The position numbers and the translations under genes were made by a program. From positions 62,001 through 126,000 of the forward strand of contig NIVC01001522.1 in the NCBI GenBank assembly GCA_002269645.1: a stretch of DNA of 64,000 nucleotides. The letters are read 5' to 3'. Position 1 is the first letter of the stretch; each line of letters opens with the position of its first letter. The DNA comes from Macrostomum lignano (Eukaryota). Positions 46,377 to 58,700 of the stretch are shown here, in pieces. Under the pieces are notes generated by a model. That model had not been told where the DNA came from, ran no database searches, and saw only the letters and a list, made by a program, of their open reading frames with translations.

Positions 46377-49300
46377 AGTGTAGCCATAGGCCCTCTATAA
46401 TTTTTAAGTTTGTTAGGCCATTGCATAAATAATAAATTCAAGAATAAAATATTAAAAAGCATACAATTTCAAAATATATACTTGAAAACAATTTTTAGTT
46501 CTGGTATATAAATGCAGTCTTATAAATTTTCCTTTACCAGACCTGTCACCTAGCATACACTAATACACAATCCAAACTACTGACCACAAGGGCTGCAAGG
46601 ATAAGTAATAGACCCAATAATCTACTGGTTCTACCCAATAGGTAAAAGGCAATAGGAATAATATTACATAAACTTACACTAGAATTAGTACATGTATCTA
46701 AAGTAAAACATACAAGTAACAACAATTATTCATATTAGTTAGGCCTAACATATTGTTAATTGAGCAATTTGAGCAGGCTTAACAAATAGTTAGAAGTTAG
46801 GCCTAGCCTGCCTAAGCAGTGTAGACTTGATTATTCCGACATTGTCTAGGACTATTAGCCTTTTATAGTCAGACTGGATTATAAAAAAACTATTGTATTC
46901 GATATAAAACTAAGTATTAGTCTCTCACTGAGTCAATTGAGAAACACTAGACACCAGCATTCTAATTATATAGCCAATAACTATTTGTGGTTTGGCCAAG
47001 GACGACTTAAATAGACTTAAGACTAAGTCATCTTTGGGTTTGGCATGGCTGTTCTTAGAAAATTGCAACACAAAAGAAAAAATTGTGCAATAAAAAAGAT
47101 GTTTAAAATACAATGCTTCGAAGATACTAAACACGTCTGTCTTTATTTTTAGTTTTTTATTAGATCAGAGATAGATAAGCAAAAGCAACGATATCTCTTT
47201 GTTAATTCAAGTATGATATTTAAGTTCTCAAAGTTGTTGATCGAAGGTCCACATGCGTTTACTATAATTAGACAATGTTATGTATTACTAAATATATGCA
47301 TGCAATAAAATGCACAATTTATCATTCTGGCCGCAGCCAGAGGAAAACTGGGTCGCCGCACCGAAAAAATAGCCACAGGGGAGACTAAGCAACTTTTCTC
47401 CCGAATACAAGCCCTGCACCCTTTATTGGTACGTTACCAGGCTGCAGGATCCACACGTATATGAAAACCGATCAGATCTTCCTAACCGAATTCCTGGTTA
47501 TATATACGCCACTTACCACTGGCAACTTGAATTATGGTGCTTTTTTGATACCTTTAATTTGACGAAACAAAGAAATTATAGAAAGAATAATGAATTTTAG
47601 GTAATTTTTTCTGTAACAGATTACTAATTGCTTCCCCTCCCGCTACTACGTATTACGTTACATGTACATGTACTCACATGTTTTTGTTGATCGTATTACT
47701 GGTGGTAGGACTCCTCATTACTAATTTATTCTGATTTAATTGCTGTTTACGGTACTGGAATCGATTTATACATAAAAACAGGTATTTCAGTACATAATTA
47801 AGATACTAGCTCTGGATTGAGTAGACTTTGAATGCCCAAATTAAGGCACGCATGTGAACAGCGTATATTAAACGAGATATGGCGCAAGGCTAAAAGTTTT
47901 GACTATTTTAACAGCTTCACTTTGAAAGGTTTTTTAAAGTTCATCAATCGGCAATAAATAATGCATCTTTCTCGATCTGAAGTTATATTTAATTGGTCAC
48001 GCATTTCGATATCAAGTGACGGCAAAATTTAAAAATGCTAATCAGATGATTTAAAGTTAACTTTCTTAGAAATGCGTTGCGCAGGAAGTCAATAGGCCTA
48101 ATACTGCTTACTTGTTAGTTGTTACTTGACTTGCTGCTTTGACAAATTATGCAAATGAAATACTTAGACTAGTGAGATGTAAGAATTAGCTTAGTATAAA
48201 TTTCATTTAGATAGTTATAGTTATATTGGCCGTTGGCCAAGGTTATTTATTTTTTAATCACTTGTGACTTGTGCATAGTGCTGTTTTTTTGTCAAAAAAC
48301 GTTATGCCATTGAAATAATAGGTTATAGGCATAGGCATATTATGATCATGCCTATGATTATGGCTTGGTTTTTCAGTAATCCACTTAAAGAAATAGCAAA
48401 GTAAGGAATCAATTAAGAAACATTTAGTCAAATTACTCTTTTAATTAAATATTGTTCATATAATTTAAAATAGATAATGTAATAATAAAACTATAATAAC
48501 TCTTAATAATGATATAATATACTAACAAGTCTTAATTATATTTGTGTCATTTAAAATTTTTAAGTAAAGATTTAATATAAGAAGTCATTTTCATTTTTGT
48601 AAAATGTTGCCCTATATATATATATTTTTATATTTATAGTCATATTTTATTATCTTTCTAATATATTTTCTATAACTTTTTAAAGAAAAAATATTTGTCT
48701 ATTTTAAAACCAATGTGTTTTTCCTATATGTGTTTCATAAAATATCATTTATAAACAACCTTTTTGTAGCCATTGATCAGCCTGCCATGAAAGTGAGGTA
48801 ATTAACATTAAAGTTTTATACACTAATGGCATACTATATTGTTTTACTAGTCTTCTATTAAATTTTTTGTTGGTCATTTTGAATGTTAATAAAATGTTAT
48901 AAAATGTTGCTAGTTTAATTCCTTACGTATACTAATAGCTTTCCTTAACTATAATATATGTATAGATTTTTAACAATCCTATTTTAATATTTGAAGATGT
49001 AATCTATGTTAATGAATCTATTTGATGAATCTATAGTACATTGTAAAGGGTAAAATCAAATTGGATCATGCATAACATCTGAAATTACATATGCTATATA
49101 ATATCATTTTGACTAAAAATGCAATCTAAAATTATAACTTATCCAAAAACAAAGTAGTCCAAAAATCTTTGATATATCATCAATTTTTTGCAACATTATT
49201 TTTCATCTGCCATAATTTATTTTGTTTGGATTGGCTAGGTCAGTTGGTAGTCATGCATATATAAATAAGATTATATAAATCCCAATTTTTAGCACTTAAT

Positions 49301-49703
49301 AAGATTTTAATTGAAAAAATATCAAGCATGGATTATGATTGAAAAAAGGATCAAAACTCCTTAGTGATAGATTTGTATCATGACTCATTGATTTGATTTA
49401 TACATAGACATTAATTTAGATATTTAGCTTAAACATTATGTAAAGGAATGCTGTGTGATTTATACCCTGAAAAGCCAACCCCTAATTGGCAAGATGAAGA
49501 TGCTAAAAAATATAGAGATGACCTGTCAGCCTGTTTTAAGGTTGCTCAGTATTTACATATCTAGTGTATCTTGTTAGTTTCTTGTGTTCTACAAAAAAGA
49601 TTTTTTAGTTTCAGTTTTGTTCCTTTTTTCAGTTTTTTAAATTGAATATCAAATGGCTTCCAAATTTATTAATTTTTTGTTGAATTTTCTTTGCAGACAA
49701 AAA

Positions 49704-52700
49704 ATGCAGGATGAAGCAGATGGAGCTGATGACACAAGTGTTCGAGTGGCCGTCAGGTGGGCGTGTACTTTTATTGTCACAATTATTGTACTGAATATTA
49801 GATCTCTGTTGTAGCCTACTGGTTAGACCGACAGACTCTTAACCAAAAGGTCGGGGGTTCAATTCTGAACTCACTCAGAGCAATTTGTGTCCTTGAGCAA
49901 GACACTTAGCTCTCTGCATTGCTTCAGTTCACCCAGCTGTAAAATGGGTGCCAGCATTAGCTGGAGTGACTGAGGGTGTGTGTGGCGACCCCCCCCCCCA
50001 GTCCTTGGGCTGAACAGCCGTACGCAGCCTTCAGATGCGCTGCGTAATAGCTAAAGCTGAGCTGTCGGTTGTACACCTGGCCCAATTAGTGCAGGTGCAA
50101 TCGATTATTCATTATTATAACATCGGAGTTCTAAAAATAACAGTGCCTAATTGTTTTCAGGGTTCGGCCGCAGAATTCGAAGGAAAAGATTGAAATGAAT
50201 CGAATTTGCACCAGTGTCGCCGATGAAGAGAAACAGATACTACTAGGGGAGGACAAAGCGTTCACCTTTGACTACACGTTCGATATGCATATTGGCCAAT
50301 CTGCGATATTCGACTCCCTGGCTAAAAATCTAATCGATGGGTGAGTGGCAATTCCACTATTTTGTATAATTATCATATGAAAAAATAACACCCTCGTTAT
50401 CTGTTACTTTATTTCAGGTGTCTTGAAGGATACAATGCAACGTTGTTTGCTTATGGACAGGTGAGTAAGAAATTATTTTGTGAATCCTTTGATGTAGCCG
50501 ATCACTGAGGATCGTTCAAATTACCCGCAATTTATTTATGATCGTTTGATCTAGCTGCTGATTATTTAGTATCCTTTGATCTCGCCGGACGCCGCTATCC
50601 AGTTATTTAGGGTCGTTTGATCTCGCCGCTATCCAGTTATTTAGGGTCGTTTGATCTCGCCGCTATCCAGTTATTTAGGGTCGTTTGATCTCGCCGCTAT
50701 CCAGTTATTTAGGGTCGTTTGATCTCGCCGCTATCCAGTTATTTAGGATCGTTTGATTTAGCCACTATCCAGTTATTTAGGGTCGTTTGATCTCGCCGGA
50801 CGCCGCTATCCAGTTATTTAGGGTCGTTTGATCTCGCCGCTATCCAGTTATTTAGGGTCGTTTGATCTCGCCGCTATCCAGTTATTTAGGGTCGTTTGAT
50901 CTCGCCGCTATCCAGTTATTTAGGATCGTTTGATTTAGCCACTATCCAGTTATTTAGGGTCGTTTGATCTCGCCGGACGCCGCTATCCAGTTATTTAGGG
51001 TCGTTTGATCTCGCCGCTATCCAGTTATTTAGGGTCGTTTGATCTCGCCGCTATCCAGTTATTTAGGGTCGTTTGATCTCGCCGCTATCCAGTTATTTAG
51101 GATCGTTTGATTTAGCCACTATCCAGTTATTTAAGGTCGTTTGATCTCACTGCTATCCAGTTAGTTAGAAGCGTTTGATCTTAACGCCATCCAGTTATTT
51201 AGAATAGTTTGATCTAGCCGCCAGTTATTTTGGATCGTTTGATCTCGCTGCTAATTAATTTGGATAGTTGGATCTTGCCGCCATCCAATTTTGTGTCCTG
51301 GTTTGATCTAGTCGCAACTTAAAAAATGTTTTAATTTCCTTTCGCAGACCGGGAGCGGCAAAACCTACACAATGGGCACGGGATTCGAACTGTCCCCTTC
51401 ATCATCGGAGGCTGGCATCATCCCCCGGGCTGTGTCCTATCTGTTCGGCCAGATTGATGCAGCAAGGCGGTCCGCAACACAAAGAGGCTTGCCGTTGCCC
51501 GAATTCAAAGTGGTGGCCCAGTTTCTTGAGGTAGGCACACTTGGCCATCGCCTTGGTTTGTGAATGGATTAGAATGCACTTATTGGGCAACTTCTAGGCA
51601 ATCCACAGACTGTGCTGCACTTCCCAGCTCCTTAGTTGCTAGGCCAGTCTCCCCGATCCCTAGTTGCTGGGCCAGCCTCCCAGATCCCCAGTTGCTGGGC
51701 CACCAGCCTCCCAGATCCTCAATTGCTGGGCCAGCCTCCCAGATCCTCAGCTGCTGGGCCAGCCTCCCAGATCCTCAGTTGCTGGGCCACCAGCCTCCCA
51801 GATCCTCAGCTGCTGGGCCAGCCTCCCAGATCCCTAGTTGCTGGGCCAGCCTCCCAGATCCCCAGTTGCTGGGCCACCAGCCTCCCAGATCCTCAATTGC
51901 TGGGCCAGCCTCCCAGATCCTCAGCTGCTGGGCCAGCCTCCCAGATCCTCAGTTGCTGGGCCACCAGCCTCCCAGATCCTCAGCTGCTGGGCCAGCCTCC
52001 CAGATCCCTAGTTGCTGGGCCAGCCTCCCAGATCCTCAGTTGCTAGGCCAGCTTCCCAGGTTCCCAGGTGCTGGGCCAGCCTCCCAGGTCCCCAGGTGCT
52101 GGGCCAGCCTTCTAGGTCCCCAGGTGCTGGAAACCTACCACCCCTTTAAGCTATTTAGCTAGCGGAATCGCCTGCAATACAGAGCTAAATAAAACATATT
52201 TTCCTACTTTAAACTCCAGCTGTACAATGAGGTACTCATCGATTTGCTAGATGTGGCCCGAGACGCCAAGGTAATTGAAAAAACCGAACGGCTTTTTGAA
52301 TTATTTGTTGACTAAAGTTATTAATTATCTTATAAAAGTTTCTATTTAAGCACTGTTGAATCAAGTGATCTTAAAACTTTGAAATGCTATTTATTAGTCT
52401 AAGACACATCTTTTTTGCTAAATACTTGAGTGAGAGAGTCTTTAGGTTGAGCAGTTTTTTTTAGCGGTTGGAGTGACTGACGGTTGAGCTGACGTAAAGC
52501 TTGTGTATTGTGCAGCCATTATTCTTGCTCATCTCTGCACTATGTGCTCAATGGTTCATTTTTCTGGCCAATACATTAAAGAGGTGCGGCTTCGTCTTTT
52601 GAGCCGTTTCTTTCTCTCTACATCTCAGGCTGTTTATTGCTGTACGGTTTGAAGAGACTCAGATGTGCCCAGCACTTTAATTGCAATGCAGAGCGCTGCT

Positions 52701-55700
52701 TCTACATCTTTTGTGTGCGAGGGAGGCTTAATAAATCTTATTCTCTGCAGTTTTCTATTGGCCGCCGCCCGCCGTCTCTGTTTTCACTAGGTCTTTTTTC
52801 TTTTGAGCAGGTTGAATAATTCTCTCTCTGCCCTATTAGTGCCACTGTATTCTGGTGCTGCGTTTTCCAGTGCTTTTTCTATGTAGCTTTCCTGCGCTTG
52901 GCCTCCTCATCTCTCTTCTCCCCCACTCTTCTCTACTCTCCCCTCCACATCTCTCCCCCTCCCCCTCTCTCCCTCTTCTCTTTTCTCCTATCTCCACTCC
53001 CTCTCCCCGCTCTCCTCTTGACCTCCCTCCCCTCTACCTTTCCCTCTCCCCCTCTTTCTCCTCCCCTCCCCTCTTTCCTATCCCTCCTCCCCTCTTTCCT
53101 ATCCCTCCTCCCCTCTTTCCTATCCCTCCTCCCCTCTTTCCTATCCCTCCTCCCCTCTTTCCTATCCCTCCTCCCCTCTTTCCTATCCCTCCTCCCCTCT
53201 TTCCTATCCCTCCTCCCCTCTTTCCTATCCCTCCTCCCCTCTTTCCTATCCCTCCTCCCCTCTTTCCTATCCCTCCTCCCCTCTTTCCTATCCCTCCTCC
53301 CCTCTTTCCTATCCCTCCTCCCCTCTTTCCTATCACTCCTCCCCTCTTTCCTATCCCTCCTCCCCTCTTTCCTATCCCTCCTCCCCTCTTTCCTATCCCT
53401 CCTCCCCTCTTTCCTATCCCTCCTCCCCTCTTTCCTATCCCTCCTCCCCTCTTTCCTATCCCTCCTCCCCTCTTTCCTATCCCCTCTTCTTTAGTCTTTC
53501 CCCTCCCTCTCCCCCTCCCTCTCACCCTCTCCTCTCTTCCCTTCACCCGCTCTTTCTCTCCCCTTCTACCCCCTCTATCTGCCCTCTTCCTTCCTATCCC
53601 CTCCTCTTCCACTGTCCCCTCCCCTCTTTTCCAGCACCGTGCAATCTGTTCAAAAATCGGTATTTTATCTTCATAGAAACTCTCATTTCTGTCTCCTAGC
53701 TTCTCTTTGGTTTATTAAGTGTCAAATGATTGTGATATTGAGACTGAGCAATGGTATAATGGTATATCAAATAGCAGGTGATTGTCTATTTATATAGCTG
53801 CTTAAAGGTTGGTTTACCTACACTGTGTTAATTTGAATACTGAATCAAATAATTCCACATGTATGAATCTATTTTTACCATCATATCATAAGTCTATTGA
53901 TTCTGATTGTTGACATTTGTATAGTCAGTCATTAAACAAATATTTTGCTTAATATATTTCTTGTAATATTAGTATACCAATTAACTAAGCTTACATATTA
54001 TCGTCTAGTTGTGACCCACAGAAGTTGCAGAATTCTCTAGACTCCATATTTTCAGACTACTCAAATCTGACAATCGATAGGCAGCCTTCAAATAAAGTTT
54101 AATCTCAAATTTAAATAGATGGCATCCTGGTTAAAAAAACCAGGTTAAGAAGTTGATGCTTCATGACGCACGCTTCGAAACAGAAATAAAATATTCGTAC
54201 ATTAAGATAAATCAATTGTTGAAGACTTAAGTGATATTCTACTATGAATTAACTATATTTTTTTCAGAACAAGAAATCTCAAGTGAAAATTCACGAGAAT
54301 GCTGAAGGCGGAATTTACATCACTGGCGTGTCTACTCGGGTTGTCCTGTCGCTTGAAGATGTGAGTCCATCTTCATGAGAATCGCCCTTCCATCTCCATG
54401 AGAATCGCCCTTCCATCTCCATGAGAATCGCCCTTCCATCTTCATGAGAATCGCCCTTCCATCTCCATGAGAATCGCCCTTCCATCTCCATGAGAATCGC
54501 CCTTCCATCTCCATGAGAATCGCCCTTCCATCTCCATGAGAATCGCCCTTCCATCTCCATGAGAATCGCCCTTCAATCTTCATGAGAATCGCCCTTCCAT
54601 CTTCATGAGAATCGCCCTTCCATCTCCATGAGAATCGCCCTTCCATCTCCATGAAAATCGCCCTTCCATCTCCATGAGAATCGCCCTTCCATCTCCATGA
54701 GAATCGCCCTTCCATCTCCATGAGAATCGCCCTTCCATCTTCATGAGAATTGCCCTTCCATCTCCATGAGAATCGCCCTTCCATCTCCATGAGAATCGCC
54801 CTTCAATCTTCATGAGAATCGCCCTTCCATCTCCATGAGAATCGCCCTTCCATCTCCATGAGAATCGCCCTTCCATCGTCATGGCAGTATCCTTCATCAC
54901 CATAGCAACACGCTTCCATTCCATCACCATGACAACCGCAGACGATGCGCTGCCTCCAAGACGGCGCCCTGTGCCGCAGCACCGGCAGCACGAACATGAA
55001 CGCGCAGTCAAGCCGGTCGCACGCCATCTTCACTCTGCACATTCGTCAGAAACGACCCCTGGCAGTGTCCGAAGAAGATTCGCCATTCGGCGTCGAACCA
55101 GTGGCCAATCCGGAGGCTCAGACCATGGAGTTCGAGACTCTGACAGCGAAATTCCATTTCGTAGATTTGGCCGGCTCGGAGAGGTTGAAACGAACCGGAG
55201 CTACCGGGGATCGAGCTCGGGAAGGCATCAGTATTAACTGCGGTCTGCTAGCCCTGGGCAATGTCATCAGCGCGCTGGGCGATCGGACTAAGAAAGGCTG
55301 TCACGTGCCCTATCGAGACTCAAAGCTCACCAGACTCTTGCAAGACTCCCTGGGTGGCAACAGTCGGACAATTATGGTTGCTTGCATCTCGCCATCCGAT
55401 TGCGATTTCATGGAGACTTTGAACACGCTCAAGTACGCCAATCGGGCTAGGAATATAAAGAACAAGGTGTCCATTAATCAGGATAAGACTAGTAAACAGA
55501 TTGCCGCGCTGAGGGCGCAGCTCATGGCTCTGCAGTCAGAATTGGATGATTATCGAACGGTGAGTGATTTGGGGGTCAAAATTCGAATAAAATTCTAATA
55601 AGCCTACTATTCAGTAGAGGAGGAAGCTTCTCAGTTCTCTAGAAGTAAAGTTGGATGCTTTGATTTACTGGACAGCTTTTTCGTTTCTGATAGTAGTTTT

Positions 55701-58700
55701 CTTACTACTACTTTCTTAATACTAAAACCTAAAACCCTAGTCTAAACCTACCCCTAGCCCTAACCTAGGGGGCCGTAGCCCAGCGGTCTAGCGCAGGCTC
55801 TGGTGTGCCAGCGACCCAGGCTCGATTCCAAGTGCAGTCACATTAATTTGAGGCTGAATTGGAATCTCGGCTTGGCTCTGCTCGTGCAATTAACGGCCTT
55901 GAGAGCCAACCCCCCAAGGCGCAGTGAAGTGTACATGCCTAACGATAATATGCCCTATAAAGTTAGTGCCGCTGTACACTCGTGTGTGAGTGTGTGCCTG
56001 CGTACGTATCCTCGCGCTTGTATGCCTGCTCAGGGGAGTCGGCGGAATGAGCAGTAATGCCTCTCGCCGGTTGTGTGCCTATGTCGCTTAAAGTGCGCCA
56101 GGGTGCACACAACCCCCTGCCTCTAATAAATACCCCTAACCTAAAACCTATCCCTAACCTAAAACCAAAACCCTGACCTAGAACCTACCCCTAACCTAAA
56201 ACCTACCCCTAACCTAAAACCAAAACCCTGACCTAAAACCTACCCCTAACCAAAAACCAAACCCTAAACCTAAAACCTACCTCTAACCTATAACCTACCC
56301 CTAACTTAAAACCAAAACCCTAAACATAAAACCTACCCTAGTCTAAAACCTACCCCTAGTCTAAAACCTACCCCTAGTCTAAAACCTACCCCTAAAAAAA
56401 CCTAAACCTAACCTAAAACCTTAGCACCTGATGGCCCGTAAATAGATTGATCTGTTCAAGCCGAACCTCTTTTCCAACCAAACCTGCTCTCTCTCTGTCT
56501 CATCTACAAAGCGATTCGGCAATCTGTCTAAGAGTGCCGATGTTTCATCAGCGTCAGCCATCAAGGAGCAGTCAGTGTCCACTGCAGCCAAGTCTGCAGA
56601 CTCCGCTGCGTCGCAGATCGCTCGTACGACGCGACACTCCACCGCCAGCGCCAGCGCCACCTCTGCCGCTGCAGCTTCTGGCATGAGCAGCTGCAGGTCC
56701 TCGTTTGATTCCACTTCGACTCATGCTCACGCTGAGAACCCGCGAGCCGCTAGAAAAGTGCTCAGTATTGGGCCAAGTCATTGGAATGTAAAACCATGGT
56801 CCCCTTTCTCTGAGATATCCCTTGGAAAAAATGTTGTTGATTAAGTTTAAAGGACACAATGTTCTTTGTTGGGTTATTTTTCACGTTTTAATGTTGCAAC
56901 TGTTAGCAATTTTTTGTGGGGTTGCTTACGTCTGAAAAAATATTTGAGTCTGATGGGTCGATCAAAGAGTCAGATAAATGAATCAGTGAGTCATACGGAT
57001 AGGTCTGTGAGTCACACGGACAGGTCAGTGAGTCAAATGGGTAGGTCAGTGAGTCAGATGGGTAGGTCAGTGAGTCACATGGATAGGTCAGTGAGTCAGA
57101 TGGGTAGGTCAGTGAGTCACATGGATAGGTCAGTGAGTCAGATGGGTAGGTCAGTGAGTCACATGGATAGGTCAGTGAATCACATGGATAGGTCAGTGAA
57201 TCACATGGATAGGTCAGTGAGTCACATGAATAGGTCAGTGAGTCACATGAATAGGTCAGTGAGTCACATGAATAGGTCAGTGAGTCACATGAATAGGTCA
57301 GTGAGTCACATGAATAGGTCAGTGAGTCACATGGATAGGTCAGTGAGTCAAATGGATAGGTCAGTGAGTCACATGGATAGGTCAGTGAGTCAGATGGGTA
57401 GGTCAGTGAGTCACATGGATAGGTCAGTGAATCACATGGATAGGTCAGTGAGTCACATGAATAGGTCAGTGAGTCACATGAATAGGTCAGTGAGTCACAT
57501 GAATAGGTCAGTGAGTCACATGAATAGGTCAGTGAGTCACATGAATAGGTCAGTGAGTCACATGAATAGGTCAGTGAGTCACATGGATAGGTCAGTGAGT
57601 CAAATGGGTAGGTCAGTGAGTCAGATGGGTAGGTCAGTGAGTCAGATGGGTAGATCGATGAGTCAGATGGGTAGATCAATGAGTCAGATGAGTAGATAAT
57701 GAGTCAGATGGGTAGATCAATGAGTCAGATGGGTAGATAATGAGTCAGATGGGTAAATCATCGAGTCAGATGCCAATATCAATCCGCGCACTTCAACCTT
57801 ACTTGAGCAGGGCAAGCGAGTGGTGCTGGCAGACGGCAGCGAGGCCTGCAGCGATCTGCACTCCGAGAACAGCATGCTGCAAGCTGAGAATGAGAAACTG
57901 CGTGACAGAATCAAAGTCCTGCAATCGACGTTGGAAAGTATAAAGGCCAGGAATGCAGTGCTGCTCACCGATTGCGAAGTTGCTCAGAGCAGGCTGCGGC
58001 AGATGGATCGTAAGCTGTTTGGGGGTTGATGGCTTTAGTGACTGATGAGCTTGTTAAACTCACCTGAGCGTTAACTGTCAAGGGTTATCGAAGTTCCCGT
58101 GAATGACTCAAAGATAAGGGGTATCAAGATTCCCGTGAATGACTTAAAGTTGAGGGTATCAAGGTTCCCATGAATGACTCAAAGGTCAGGGGTAGGCGGT
58201 ATCAAGTTTTCTGTGAATGACTCAAAAGCCAGAGATATCGAGGTTCCTGGGAATGATTCAAAGTTGAGGGGTATCGAGTCAGGGGTGTCTACTTATAAAA
58301 TAAGACTGCAAACTTACCCCACCCACACTTAAAAATACAATAATGCGCATTTCGTCTACTATTAGTAGAGAAAAGTTACAAAAATGTAAATTCCCAAATT
58401 TTAGCAACCTTCAACGAAGACGAAGACCTGGAGCTGACTCTGAACCGCCTTACCACCGAAATGGAGGATCTGCGAACTCGCCTAGCCGAAGCTGAAGCCA
58501 CAGTTTCTCTGCTGCAACGCCAGCGAGATCGTCAGCGCGCATCAGCCGCATCGGGTTCGGGCACCTCCGCAGGTGCAGGCGGTCATACCAATCGGTCTGT
58601 GGCTTTCTCGGCTTCGGATTTTCCAGAGACGCCGAATAGCGACGAGTTTTCGTCAACAACATTCGATTCGACTCTGATGGGCATGGACTCGTCTATGACG

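Noticed and set aside
49448-49540. Short protein-like ORF MLCDLYPEKPTPNWQDEDAKKYRDDLSACFK upstream of KIF21
   Set aside because: Splicing it to the 49697 acceptor is out of frame with KIF21, and I do not recognise the sequence. It may be a uORF or TE relic but is unsupported.
55768-55835. tRNA gene (also at 49803-49870)
   Set aside because: A and B boxes are present but there is no full cloverleaf. Both continue into SINE bodies, and the 55768 family has a dispersed copy with a TSD.
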